64,000 nucleotides of DNA, taken from contig NW_005434586.1 in assembly GCF_000315625.1 (NCBI RefSeq), positions 168,759 through 232,758 of the forward strand, in the 5' to 3' direction. Position 1 is the first letter of the stretch; each line of letters starts with the position of its first letter. This stretch comes from Guillardia theta CCMP2712. Lineage: Eukaryota > Protista > Cryptophyta. Both the position numbers and the translations under genes were made by a program. The notes beneath the pieces were generated by a model. That model was not told the origin of the DNA, did not search any database, and saw only the letters and a list, made by a program, of their open reading frames with translations. Shown piece by piece: positions 12,069 through 24,100 of this stretch.

Positions 12069-14833
12069 TCACTTGCGACTGAGTCTCAAAATCGAGTTGA
12101 AGTGCCATGGCATCCAGGTCTCGTTCCTCTCATGGAATACATAACACATCGAGTCATTGCTCGGCCTTCCAAAGAAAGCAAGACAAGCAGGCTTCTTCAA
12201 GCACGTCCACACTTGCTCCTCGTCTGTCATGAGCTTCCCTAAGCCTCCCGTCGCCACGATACTGTTGGGAGAGGACACGAGTTGGTACCAAGTCCTCACC
12301 TCCGTACATCGGTCGACGTGAGTGAACATGTTGCTTCGCCAAGATGGGACGCTCTTCCACGAGTCTGAAGAGTCGCACATCGCACCTTCGCAGAGCTTCA
12401 AGTTCGCGTCGGTGCGAGTAGAGGGCGGCCAAGAAGCGTGATAGCACGCAAGAGCATTGTCCCTTAGGTCTACCTCGGCATCGTGAAGGTTGAGAATCAA
12501 ACTTGGCAAGCAGACTATCTTGTTGTTCCGCAAGTTCAGATACTTCAAGCTTGAGACCTGTTGGAAAATCTGCGATGGAAGGTCTGATAGCAGGTTGTTC
12601 TGCAGGTACAGTGAGCGCAAACTTGGAAGCCCATCGAAGGCTTGCGATGAAATGTCTTTGAGCATGTTGTCGTTGAGATCGAGAACCTCCAATTTTTGCA
12701 GAGCTGAAAAGATTCTGGGAGGAAGGTAGGCAAGTAGATTGTTGTAGATATTGAGATATTTTAGGTTTGAAAGTCCATCAAATGCTCCATCAGCAAGGCT
12801 GGCAAGGTCGTTGTTAGAGAGATACAGTGTTTCCAACGTCGATAGGCCGAAAAACTGTCTTGTAGAAAGCTTTGTCAGCTGATTGTTCAACGGTCGAGAA
12901 AGAGGGACTTGAGATTATGAAGACTTGCAAACACATCGTCTGGGACATTGCTCAAGTTGTTCGTATGGAGATCCAGATATGTCAAGTTGGTGAGATCATC
13001 AAACATCTTAGGTAGAAGACGGGAAAGCTTGTTGTTGTGAAGATCAAGGTGTTGCAGGTTGTAAAGACCTCCAAATGTTGCGGCAGGGATAGCTTCCAGA
13101 AGGTTATCATAGAGGTTGAGGTCGAGGAGCTCAGGCATTCCATCGAAGACACCCTCTGTCAAGTTTCTGATGCCTTTGGAGGAGAGGTAGAGCGAGTGAC
13201 AGTCATCAGCACAAGAACCTTCCCTGTATAGCATCCCAGCAGCCGAGACGTTGAAGGTACAACCTCCGCAAGTCCAGTTCGAACTCGTCGGCGTGCCGGC
13301 TGGAGATTGCGGTGTAGGGATCACGTATTCCTTGCATGTTGTCGTGTCGTTGGCGCAGAGCGGGAGCCCAGGGTCGACTTGTACCGCAGAAGGCCAGGTG
13401 GAGTGACGGCAAGGGATGCGGTTGTTGCGAAGGTCGATGACTAAAGCTTGCTGCAGGTCATTGAAGGCATCAGGGGCTACGCAGTCGAGCTTGTTGGCGT
13501 ACAGGTACACATACTTGACTTTGGACAGTCCTTCGAACACGCTTGAAGTAAGACTTGATATCTGATTGTTGTCCAGATGCAATTTGTCCAAGTTTGACAA
13601 ACCGCGGAAAGTCCGAGAGGAAAGTCCTTGTATCTGATTCCAAGAGAGCTCAAGGTACTGTAAGTTGGTTAGATTCTCAAAGCTGCCTGGCACAATGTCT
13701 TGAAGCTGGTTACTGCCCATCATGAGAGATCCCAAGCTCGTCTGGTCGCGGAAAGTGTCGCGAGCAAGACTCCGCAGTTTGTTCATGCTAAGCTCAAGGT
13801 ACTGCATATTTGAAAGACTGTGGAAGACATTGACAGGAATGAAATCAATCTTGTTGTCCAATAGATAAATGTCGTGGAGTTGGGTTAATCCTTGAAACAG
13901 TTGTTCAGGCAAAGTTGAAAGCTGATTTGATCTGAAACCAACTGCATACAATGTCGAAAGTCCTTGCAGCAGTGCTTCAGGCAAACTTTGGAGCTTGTTC
14001 TGGAACATATACAGGTAATAGATATTAGACAGAGAACGAAAGCTATTCGCTTGCAAGCTTGACACTTGACTATTATCGAGTTCAAAGCCCCGCAGATAGT
14101 TGAGAGTGTTAAAAACTCCATCTTGTAAGGATTTCACGCGGTTCATGAAAGACGGCTGAGTCAGTTCGACCCACCATGTGCAGCCGCTGCCGCACGTGCC
14201 GTTACGAGTGAGCACATTGTCATCCACAATTGTGAAGATGCATCCTCCACAAATGACTGAGTTGGTTGTTGTAACATAAAGCTCCTTGAGGTTTGTGAGC
14301 TTGTCGAAGATTCCTGTAGGCAGGCTGGACAGTTGGTTGTCGTATAAGAAGAGATACTCCAGTTTGGTCAGGTTGTCAAAAACTCCTTCCCGTAAACTCG
14401 TCAGTTTGTTGTAGTACAGATCAAGGTATGTCAAACTCGTAAGGTCGTCAAACACACCGTCCGGGAGACTCTCCAGCCTGTTCACTCGCAGGGCCAGGAA
14501 CTGAAGGCTGACTAGACCATCGAAGACGCCGGGGGGAAGGCCGGTCAGCATGTTGTCTCCGAGGTTGAGACTCTGGAGACTTGTGAGGCCATTGAAGGCG
14601 CCAGCTGCTACGCCCTTGAGGCGGACAGAGGTGTAAAAAGAATCCAACTTGAGGTTGTTGCAGTCTGTCATGCAGCTTCCCGTATGGCCGATGAGAACAG
14701 CAGCATCTGAGATGTGGAAGACGCAACTTCCACATGACACGTTGGTTGTGGCTCCTGCCAGCACCAGCAGATCTGCATGGAGCAGGAGCAGGAGGACGAG
14801 GACCGAGCGGCGCGAGCGACTCTCAGTTAGCAT
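12069..14833 (-). CDS. Secreted modular leucine-rich-repeat protein (typical 24-aa LRRs), frameshifted near 12890; possible pseudogene
   Basis: Signal peptide (VLVLLLLLHADLLVLAGA) and many LxxLxLxxNxLxxLPxxxF repeats. Three CGxC...GxCxxxC N-caps, two DLRxNxxxC...WP...LxLC C-caps and a C-terminal Cys-spaced PAN-like segment. Two overlapping ORFs, 12887-14860 and 12069-12890. Confidence 0.88.
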
Positions 14834-14985
14834 GATCAGTTGTAGCAGCCGGGCTCCCACCTGACCGAAGATCGTATCACCACCTCCGCAGACCCCTCTT
14901 TTCGTGGTGCCAAGAAGGGGTACAGTACCGTTCTCCTAGCTCGGCCTCTTGGACCGGGAAATTATCCCCGTTCGAGTTCTGTTTA

Positions 14986-15146
14986 TTTTCTCAAAATTAA
15001 GTTAAAAATCAGTATGAGGACAATCAGGAGTTTACTCAAGGTTAAGTTAAAATCAGTACGAGGACAATCAGTAGATTACTCAAAGTTAAGTTAAAAATCA
15101 GTACGAGGACAATGAGGAGTTTACTCAAGGTTAAGTTAAAATCAGG
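14986..15146 (+). repeat. Tandem array of ~3.6 x 44-45 bp unit (TTTACTCAAGGTTAAGTTAAAATCAGTACGAGGACAATCAGGAG)
   Basis: Units start at ~14986, 15031, 15075 and 15120. Same motif as the arms of the 11454-11961 element. Confidence 0.9.
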
Positions 15147-15239
15147 ATCTCTAGTCACTGGGCCGATCAGTGAAGGGACCGGCCGGGATTTGACTGCGCC
15201 GGGCCTGGAGCAGGCCCGAGCGGTCGCATTAAGCGAAAT

Positions 15240-16572
15240 GCCATGGACGCGCATGAAGCACTCTGGAAGCATGTAGCAGCGAGGAGCAAGAGAATATGGA
15301 GCTCGAAGATGAACACGAAGTGAGTTGACGATGAGAAGCAAAAGAATGATGCTATGAAACCTTGTTCTCTGTGGCTGTGGATATTCCTTTGCCAATACAA
15401 TGTACTGGTTACCTCCTATTACCTGCGAAGCATGAACACTGGTCAAGAGGAAATGCCTGGTGAGTTCGACCTCAGAAAGTTCGCAAGACCATCGCCATGG
15501 ATGACGTGTACGGACCTGAACGAAAGGATTCAGCCCAACGGAGCAGTCCTGAGCGACGACGAGTTGATAAGGCAAAGAGACCCTCACTACTGGGAACGCG
15601 ACGACCCCCGCGCTGACAAGGAGCTGGGCTTCTGGAGTACCGACATGAGGTCCTTAGAGCGGCTCTACGGAAAGGTATTTCTCCCTTGTGCCCAATGAAA
15701 GTGATTCTGACCTTGAACCCCCCAAAGGCTTTTGTGCGACCAGAGTACTTCGAGGATGAGTACTTGCAGGGGAGCCGCTGCAAGACTGCGCAGGCGGAAG
15801 GCATTGCTCCTCCCTCAGACGCGTTCATGTTTGACGACCATTATGAGAACGATCCGATCGTGTGTTGACTGGGAGAGAGTTCGCAAGAGTGACAGACATT
15901 GCAGGTAGACTTTCTGTTTGAGGACGGGACTCCAAGAAAACCCAGACGGTGATGTTGCAAAAGTTCTCCCACTTTGCCTTGAGCATCCACTTACCTGCCC
16001 TTCTTTGCTACAGAATCGGACAGTTCCTTGACTTAGAAGGACAGATCGAGACCGATCCCGACGGAAGTTTCACAGGTGGAACAATGAGAAGGTAGGACGG
16101 TGCTGAGACATATACAGGCAAGCATATCAGCGATGATCTCCGATGTTGCAACAGCATGAACTTGTTAAGAGAACCTTGGGATACGAAATCTCTCATGGTA
16201 TCTACTCAATCTGATAGCGTCTTCCGTTTCAAACAGCTTATGTGGATCTCATTCAACCAACGCTGTCCCTGTATGTTGGTTTGACTGGTCGTTTTGAAGT
16301 CTTCAATGTTGGTGGGATGGGATCATGGTGACTGTTTCACACGATCTTGGCGTGTGGTCGTTCTATCTTCTCATCTTTTGTTGTCTTTCGGTAGGAGGGG
16401 ATGGAAATTCCCATCGGGCTGTCGTTGCGAGCAGTTGAGGAACACATCAACATCCATCCGATCGTTAAGGCAACGATGTAACATCCCTGACTGAACGAAC
16501 TTCCTTGTGTCCGCTCCTGCTCCCGCTCCCGCTCCTGCTCCTGCTCCCGCTCCTGCTCCCGCTCCTGCTCCC

Positions 16573-16627
<55 letters not shown>

Positions 16628-19600
16628 GTTCTCTCTTCCCTCTTTATTGTTCTTCTCCTCCTTTTTCTCCTCCTCCTCCTCCTCGCCTCCACCCCACTCC
16701 TCTTCCTCGTCATCTCCGTCTTGCCTGTCTTGACCCCGTTCCTCCGCTTCCTCCAGCGAAGATACAGGGCATGACCCTGATCCCATTGTCTGCCATAAGC
16801 CAGAAGAGGTGTTGATGCCGGAGGAAGAGCGGATGGGTGAATATGTTGACAGCTGCTGGAGTTGCGACTGCAAGCTGCATGCGAAGGGCTGATCGAGGTT
16901 CCTTTGCTCCCAGCGCCCTTCCCTTTCGTCTGACTTTCCTCGTTCTCGCCCCCCTTCCTGATCATTCATCTGCTCTCCTGGCCTTTCCTTTCTTTGGGTC
17001 CCCTCCCCTTCTCTCCTTTCTTTCTCATCGCTGCATTTCCCTGCTCTCGCCCTGAACTCTATGTGCCGACCTCGACGCTTCTCAGAAATTGGACGGAACC
17101 TTCGAATGGGACAACGCGGACTCGATCCGTCGGAAGATAAACGCGCTGGTCGCTGAGGTTTCAAGATGCTCTGTGAGAAGCGAGAGGGTGGATGATTCTT
17201 TTACCTGCAGGGCGCAGACATCAACTGGTCGGACGATTGGGGTTGGACGCCCATTCACTGTGCTGTTGCCAACGGGAACTATCCAGCAGGTAGGAGGAGG
17301 AGGAGGAGGTGGAAGAGGAAGAGGAGGAGGATGGAGGAGAAGGAGTTGGAACAGAAGGAGAAAGAGAGGGAGGTGCAGCTCTCCATTCCGCAGCATGGAT
17401 GCATCCCACGGGATCCTGCTGCTCCTGCTCCTGCTCCTGTTCATATTTCCCTTCCTCGTCTGATTTCTCGTTACAGTGGCTCTCTTGTGCGAGTATGGGG
17501 CTGATCTTGAAATCACTTCCCGGTCTTTTCAAACTTTCACCTTGTTCATCCTCTTGTGACTTTCAAAATGACCAGGCCAAGAAGTTGGACAGTTCTTTTC
17601 CGTGCGGCTCACCGAGGATACCTGTGATCGATCTCTTCATAGCTCCCCCCCCCCACTGATTTCGTCTTCTTCCTTCTCCTCCTTATATCCTATTTATCGT
17701 TTTCCTCTTTCTGTACTACCCGCCCCCCGTCGCTTCCTCGCGTCCCTCCTCTGACTGACTCTCCTCCTCTACATGCATCCTGTCCGCCCATCTTATTTCC
17801 CCTTGTCGCCTCCTCTTTCCTGCCTCTCCCTCTCCCCAACCCTCTCTCCTCCCTTCCTTCCTGCTCTTGTCCTTGCTCGTCACTCATCCGTCCTTCAGGG
17901 AGATTCTCGAGACTTTGCTGGTCCATGGGGTCAGACTCGCAACTTCCTTTGCGTCCTTTTTTGACGAGTTTGTCAACCCCCACAGGCAAACCCTTGGCAC
18001 ATCGACGATGCTAATTTTACAGCACTTGAAGTCAGTTCGTCTCCCTTCGTGCCCTCTCCCCCTGCTCTTTGCTCAATCCTGCTGCTCCCAAAACTGCTCC
18101 TGCTTCTCCTGCTCCTCCTGCTCCTCCTGCTCCTCCTGCTTCTTCTGCTCGTACTGCTTCTCTTATCTTGCTCTCTTCTCCTCTCCTCCTCTTCCCCATC
18201 TCTGTTGCCTCCTTTTGTCTTGTAAACGTCCACCCTCCCCTCGTACTCACCTTGACAACCAGGTCGCCGCCCTCTACAACAGCACCAACTGCATCCCCTT
18301 GTTACGAAACTTCATGGGCGAGGAGGCGAATAACATTGACCTCGATCAGTACATGCAGGAGACGTATCCTACCCCGCTCGGCCCCGGGCCTGACATCTCC
18401 CAACCTGAAGCAGAGGGATGGCCGCTGAGGAGCTTTGAGTACGTATTGAGGAAGGAGGACAAGGGGAAGTACGGTCGCTGGACAGACAAGAACGCGACGG
18501 AGGAGGCGAAGGAGGACGAGGAGATCTTGAGGATGAGGCAGGAGAACGGGACTTGCATCTGGGTCGAAAACCCTCTCGATGTTGAGCTGCCTTACCCCGA
18601 GATCAAGAAAATTTACCCCGATAACAACAACAACAGGCTCCTTGTCAACTGGACTGCCTACGACGAGTACGTGGATGGGATTGACCATCATTTGAATGAC
18701 CCAACCTTGACCCCTCAAGCCCAGTACCTCCACCGTCTCACCCATCAGGGGAAGATCGACTGGTTCGACTTCTCTGTCTTCAAGCCCCACCCGGACAAGC
18801 ACACGAAGACAGAGGTTATGTTCAACAAGCGGATTCTTGACCCCCGGACAGACTTCTCCTCCATCCTCCAGCTCAACTTCGGCTTCGAGCCCGGAGAACA
18901 GCCTCCCAGGAAGCTGTGGAGGGGGTTCCCAGAAGGAAGACACTGGCCCTTCTTTATCTTGTACCGCAATGATCCTGGCACGGTCCTGAACCTGTACAAC
19001 TGGGACAGGAAAGAAGGGGTCAATTGGGAGAAGATAGACCAGGAAAGATGGACCGAGGAGGAGGAGGTGGAGGAGGCTGGGAACTGCCCCCGACCCGCCC
19101 TCTACCTGGACTACGTGCGGCACACCAAGGAGTATATAGACATGATTATAGACCAAGGGAAGGACATCCCTCAAGGACGAGGGATCATAGTCGACGTCTT
19201 TGGGCCTGACGGGCTGAGCTGCGAGGTGGAGTGGGACCGGACGAGACCCAACGGAGAGTTTGCGGGGAAGAGGACGAGGTGCTCGGTCGGAGCTGGGGGA
19301 GTGTACAGCCTGGAGCTGGCCAGGTTCGGGGCGACAGCAGAGGAGGACTTCTGTGTGGTGAAGCTGGAGGAGCTCCGGTTCCTGGACAAGTTGGAGGAGA
19401 ACTACCAGGGAGACGACGCGATGGAGGAGCATCGCCGGCTGATGGTGATCAAGGAAAGGATGGGACAGTACATGGAGCAGATGGGGAAGGCGATGGGGAA
19501 GGATGTGGAAATCACGCCAGACAACTGCTGGCTGTTCCAGGGCACCACCGATGCCTACGTGACGAGTAGGAACGATCCCTCGGGGGCGATAGGGGAGGAG

Positions 19601-19855
19601 GAGGAGGAGGAGGAGGAGGAGAACCGCGATCACTACGAGGACGAGGACGAGTTGAAGAAGCTGTTGAAGACGCAGCAAGGTGGGGGGAGAAGAGGGAGAA
19701 GAGGCAGAAACTGGAGGAGGGGGAGAGTGAGAGGAGGAAGAAGAAGCGATACTAGCAGGCTCACGTTAAAGCTTCTAAGACTCTTTAAGACCTCCGTGGC
19801 CCTCGCTTACTTGAGCCAGACTGCAGTGATGTCGCGCAGAATCGCCTCCTGCTAA
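15240..19855 (+). CDS. Large multi-exon hypothetical protein (possibly two genes); last big exon has a degenerate MIB/HERC2-like motif
   Basis: Chain of short GT-AG-bounded exons from ~15.3-18.0 kb and a ~1.4-kb coding exon (18263-19680) containing GRGIIVDV...CEVEWD...CSVGAGGVYSL. Start and end uncertain. Confidence 0.55.
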
Positions 19856-21055
19856 CACTGTCAGGAGGGAGAAGAAGCGAGGGGAGGGAGAGAGGGAGAG
19901 GGAGAGGGGGAGGGGGAGGAGAAAGGAGGAGAAAAGAGTATTGGAGACGCAGAGGCACGGGAGGATGGAGGATAGAGGGAGGGAAGGAAGCGAAAGGGAC
20001 TCGCAAACAGGTCTTTGAGTGCAAAAAAGGTGGAAGGAGGCAGTGGGAGAGAGCGGGGAATGAAGAGGAGGGGAAGGGAGGTGAGAAAGAATTAATGAGA
20101 AAAGGAAGGAGAAGAGCAGAAGGTAGAAGAAACGAGAAAGGCGAGGAAGGAGGAGAAAAAGGAAGGAGGAAGGAGGCAGTTGAAGGGCAAGGGTAGGAGG
20201 ACAGCAGGAGGAATGGACTTGCCTTCGTCCTTCCGGCGCCGCTTGTCTTCACCTGACTCTGTAGGTTCTGCTCCTTCAGAAAAGCGCGAATCTCTGCTAA
20301 GGTTGAGGTCTCTGCCGCATCGATCAGCAGTCCGCAGGAGAAGGGGGAGGAGGAGCGAGGGGAGGAGGAGGAGCGGGGATAGGAGGTGTCGTTAGTGAGA
20401 AGATAGGTGGGGAGCGGGATGGGAAGGGGAGGGGTGAGCGAGGGGAGGAGCAAGAGGTGGTGATGGTGGACGAGGAGGCAAGCTCCGATCAGAGGGGTGG
20501 AAAAGTCGATCGCAAGGTGGAGTGAAAGGACCTGAGATTGGAAGGGACGGCGCGGGAGTCGTTGCCTTTGGCTGTTTGACCTCTGCAACAGAAGAGTGAC
20601 TTGGCTGAGAGGACAGGAAGAGAAGAGAGCGGCTAGAAACCCACACTCCGAAAGAGTGGAAGAGAGAGGGGAGGGGAGGGGAGGGGAGGGGAGGGGAGGG
20701 GGGAGGGGAAAGGGGAGAGGGGAGATAGGAGAGGGATTGTCGAAGTGGAGGAGTATTTCTGAACCGAGTTTTGCCTTCACATCTTGAGCAGCAGGGTTTT
20801 GCTGCTTCCTCGCCTCTGACTTGAGCTTTTCCTGCAGAGGAAGTTGGCAAGGAGACTGGAGCAACGGGCGTTACCCAAGCAGAAGTTGCTCGATTCTTGA
20901 CAGTCTCGTCCTCCTTCACGTGTACCGCTCGCACATCCAGCGAGGCGGCGCTGCGTCTCCTCGTCAGCGAGCTAAGGGAGGAGGGGAAGAGATGCTGGGA
21001 GGGAGGTGGGGGAAAGGGAGTGAAACAGAGCTGGGCAGGAGGAGCAGGAGCAGGG

Positions 21056-21122
<67 letters not shown>

Positions 21123-24100
21123 ACGAAGATACGAACCGAATTGAGTCCTTCTTATCGCTCCACATCTTTCTGACGTAGTTGGGGACGAAGAGCATTCGAA
21201 ATCTTCGAGGACGTCAGGCAGAAATTTCAGAGTTGAGGATATAAGGAAGGGAAGGGAGGAAAGGAAAGGGGAGAGAACAAGTGAGGAGGAAGAAAAAGAG
21301 AACTCAGAGGAGAGAAAGAGCAGAGTAGAGGGGTAAACTAGAGGAGAGGATAGGAGACGAAGATCGAAGAGGAGGAAGATGGGGAGGAGGACCAGAAGGA
21401 GGAAGGGGAGGAGGAGGAGAAGGAGAAGGAGGGTCTTACTTGAAGTCGTTTCGCATCCTGTCATGAACTCTCCAGAGCTTTTCTTTGAGGTCCCAACTGA
21501 GACTGACGTCCTTNNNNNNNNNNNNNNNNNNNNNNNNNNNNNNNNNNNNNNNNNNNNNNNNNNNNNNNNNNNNNNNNNNNNNNNNNNNNNNNNNNNNNNN
21601 NNNNNNNNNNNNNAGGAGGAGGAGGAGGAAGAGGAGACTTGAAATGAAATCCAGGCAAGGAGAAGCAAGTTCTTACTCGAAGTCTTGGTCCCATCCTGGT
21701 CTGGACATCCTGCATGGGAACTACTCGATTTTCTAGGACCTGAGAAGCCCTCAGCCTCCATCCCCTCACCCCACCCTCCTCTTCTCCCTGTTCCCGACCC
21801 CCATCCCCTCCTTCTCCGCTCCGGCTCCTTCCCGCTTCTCCGACCCCGCCAGCCCCCCCCACTCCACCCCTCGCCCTTCTCCTCCATCACGTCAATGAGG
21901 GCGGTTAGAGCGACGGCCTCAGGGGTCAGTTGAGCGAGGATCATCTCCTTCCTCGCCGCCATGGCCTTCGCTCCCGTCAGCCCGACCCTCACGCACCGCC
22001 TCCTCCACCACCTGCGCGTCGATGGACGACATGAGCGTCTCGAGCTTCAAGTCCATCTTGCGCTGCAGGACACTGAGGAGAGCGTTGAACGTCATCACCT
22101 CTGCTGCTTCCAGTCAGCACTTGTCATGTTGCTTTCCTCCTGTTCCTCCTGCTCCTCCCTCTCCTTCCCCCACCTGTTTCTTCTCCCCTCTCTCCCACCC
22201 TCTTTCTCTCCTGCTTCAATGCACTTGCCTCCCACTCCTGCTACTTCTCCCGCGACTCCGCCTGCTTGATCCAGCGGCGAAAGGGAGGTTACGTTCTCCG
22301 TTAGGACCTTGTACACCCCAGCTGGAACCGGGCTCCTCCTGTGACATGCTCAAAATGTCAGCCGATGCAAGAATGATTGAGGTGATGATGATGATGATGA
22401 GGACGAGGATAATTTGGCAAGAAGAAGACGGAAGGGTAGAGGGGAGGAGCATCTCACATCAGCTCGCCGCCCTCGGCTGCAGCAGCACCAACTTTAACTT
22501 CTTGCCCAACCTCCTGCATCAAGACCGAAGAGATCAGAACGAGAATCGAGCCAGGAGGTATCACTAGCAAGCCGGCTGAAGGGAGAGAGAAGGAGAGAGG
22601 GAGGGAGTAGGGGGGGAGTGAGAATCATAGAGGAAGGAAGAAGGAGAGGAGAGAGGAAGGGTGAACGTAGGAGGGGCAGAGGACCATGGAGGGAGGGAGA
22701 AGTGCGGGAGGTGAAGGAGAGGAGGAAAGAGCAAGATCGCATGAACACACCTCAAGGGAGTGAAACATGTCCTTCAGCACGTTTGCATTCTTCTCCCTCC
22801 TGTCCCTCTTCAACTCGAGCATAGGGCTCTCCTGCACCAGCTCCTTCTCCTCCTCCCCAATCGAGGTCTCATCCCCTCCTTGCCCATCCGATGGACTTCC
22901 CTTGCTGTTCCCCATGGCATCCTCGATTGCTTTCTGATCGTCTGCCTTGTTTGCTTCCTCCTCCCCGTCGTTGTCCTCCGACACTGCTTGCAGCAGCTCG
23001 TCGTACAACACGGGCTCAGTTCCTTCCCCGAGCGTCCCCCACCCGTACATTGCTGCATCCAAGAACGCCTCCCTCTCACCGAACGTCACCTCCTCCTCCT
23101 CCTCTTCCTTTTCCTTGCTCACTCCGGGGGTAAGATTTCCTCCAAGTCGCCTCTTCAGCTTCGACCCTTCAATCCGAGAGACGCTCTGCTCGTAAGCAGT
23201 CATGTTTCCCTCCAGCAGGTGCTTGGCTGCCTCATCCAAAGCGAGTCGTGCCTCCTCTTCCTGTCGTTTCAGGGGTCCAAAACTGGTGGACAAGACCGGC
23301 CTTTCCTCCTCCTCCTCCTCCTCCTCCTCCTCCTCCTCCTTCTCCTCTGCCGAATCTTCCGTCATGATTTCTCTGGATGCCTTCCCGCTGTTGCCATCTG
23401 TACGTTTTCCAACTGTTTGGAGGACAAAATCCTCCACCTCTTTGTCTGCTGCTTTCTTTGCTTGTCTCTCCGCGTTCTCCCAAACATCTTTACATCATCA
23501 AAGAATAACATGAAGTGAGTCAGAGGATACGAGAAGACAAGGCAAATACCATCAATCTCCTCAAGGCGATCGTTCATGAAGTTGTCCGACTTGAAGAGCT
23601 TTTCAAACTCATCATCCTGTCAACAACAATGAGGATCCAGATCAGCAGCCCGAATCAAGATTGCGCTGACATCCATATTCAAGATCTTATCCAAGCTCGG
23701 CGATCCATACATGTCATCTTCGCTTGAAAGCTTCTATACCAAAATCCAAAAAACGTCTTCAGGAATTTGTTATATATCAAGATGATTAGGGACCTTATTA
23801 GCGGCAGAACCTGCAGCACCCTTGGGATCGTCCAATGCATCATATCTTCCTCCAAAAATTAGAGGAGAACGAGGAGAACGTGGAGGTGGAGATGGAGCAG
23901 CAGTAGGAGGATATGGGAGGAGGAAGACCAGGAAGGAAAGATGGAGGAAGACCAGGAGAAAGACGAACAGATTGAGGTTCACCCAACTTACCCTGATTTC
24001 GGTGATCGTAGGGGCTCATCTGGCATCCCCCGCATCGGTGCTGCTCCCGCCTCAGCCGGAGTTCGTGCTCCTCCCTTGGAGAAGAGAGCATCGAACTCAT

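Noticed and set aside
14986-15146. CRISPR-like array
   Set aside because: Units are directly adjacent with no unique spacers, there are no cas genes, and the context is eukaryotic.
18302-19678. 458-aa antisense ORF
   Set aside because: Shadow of the GC3-rich sense exon; L/V/P/H-rich composition typical of antisense frames.
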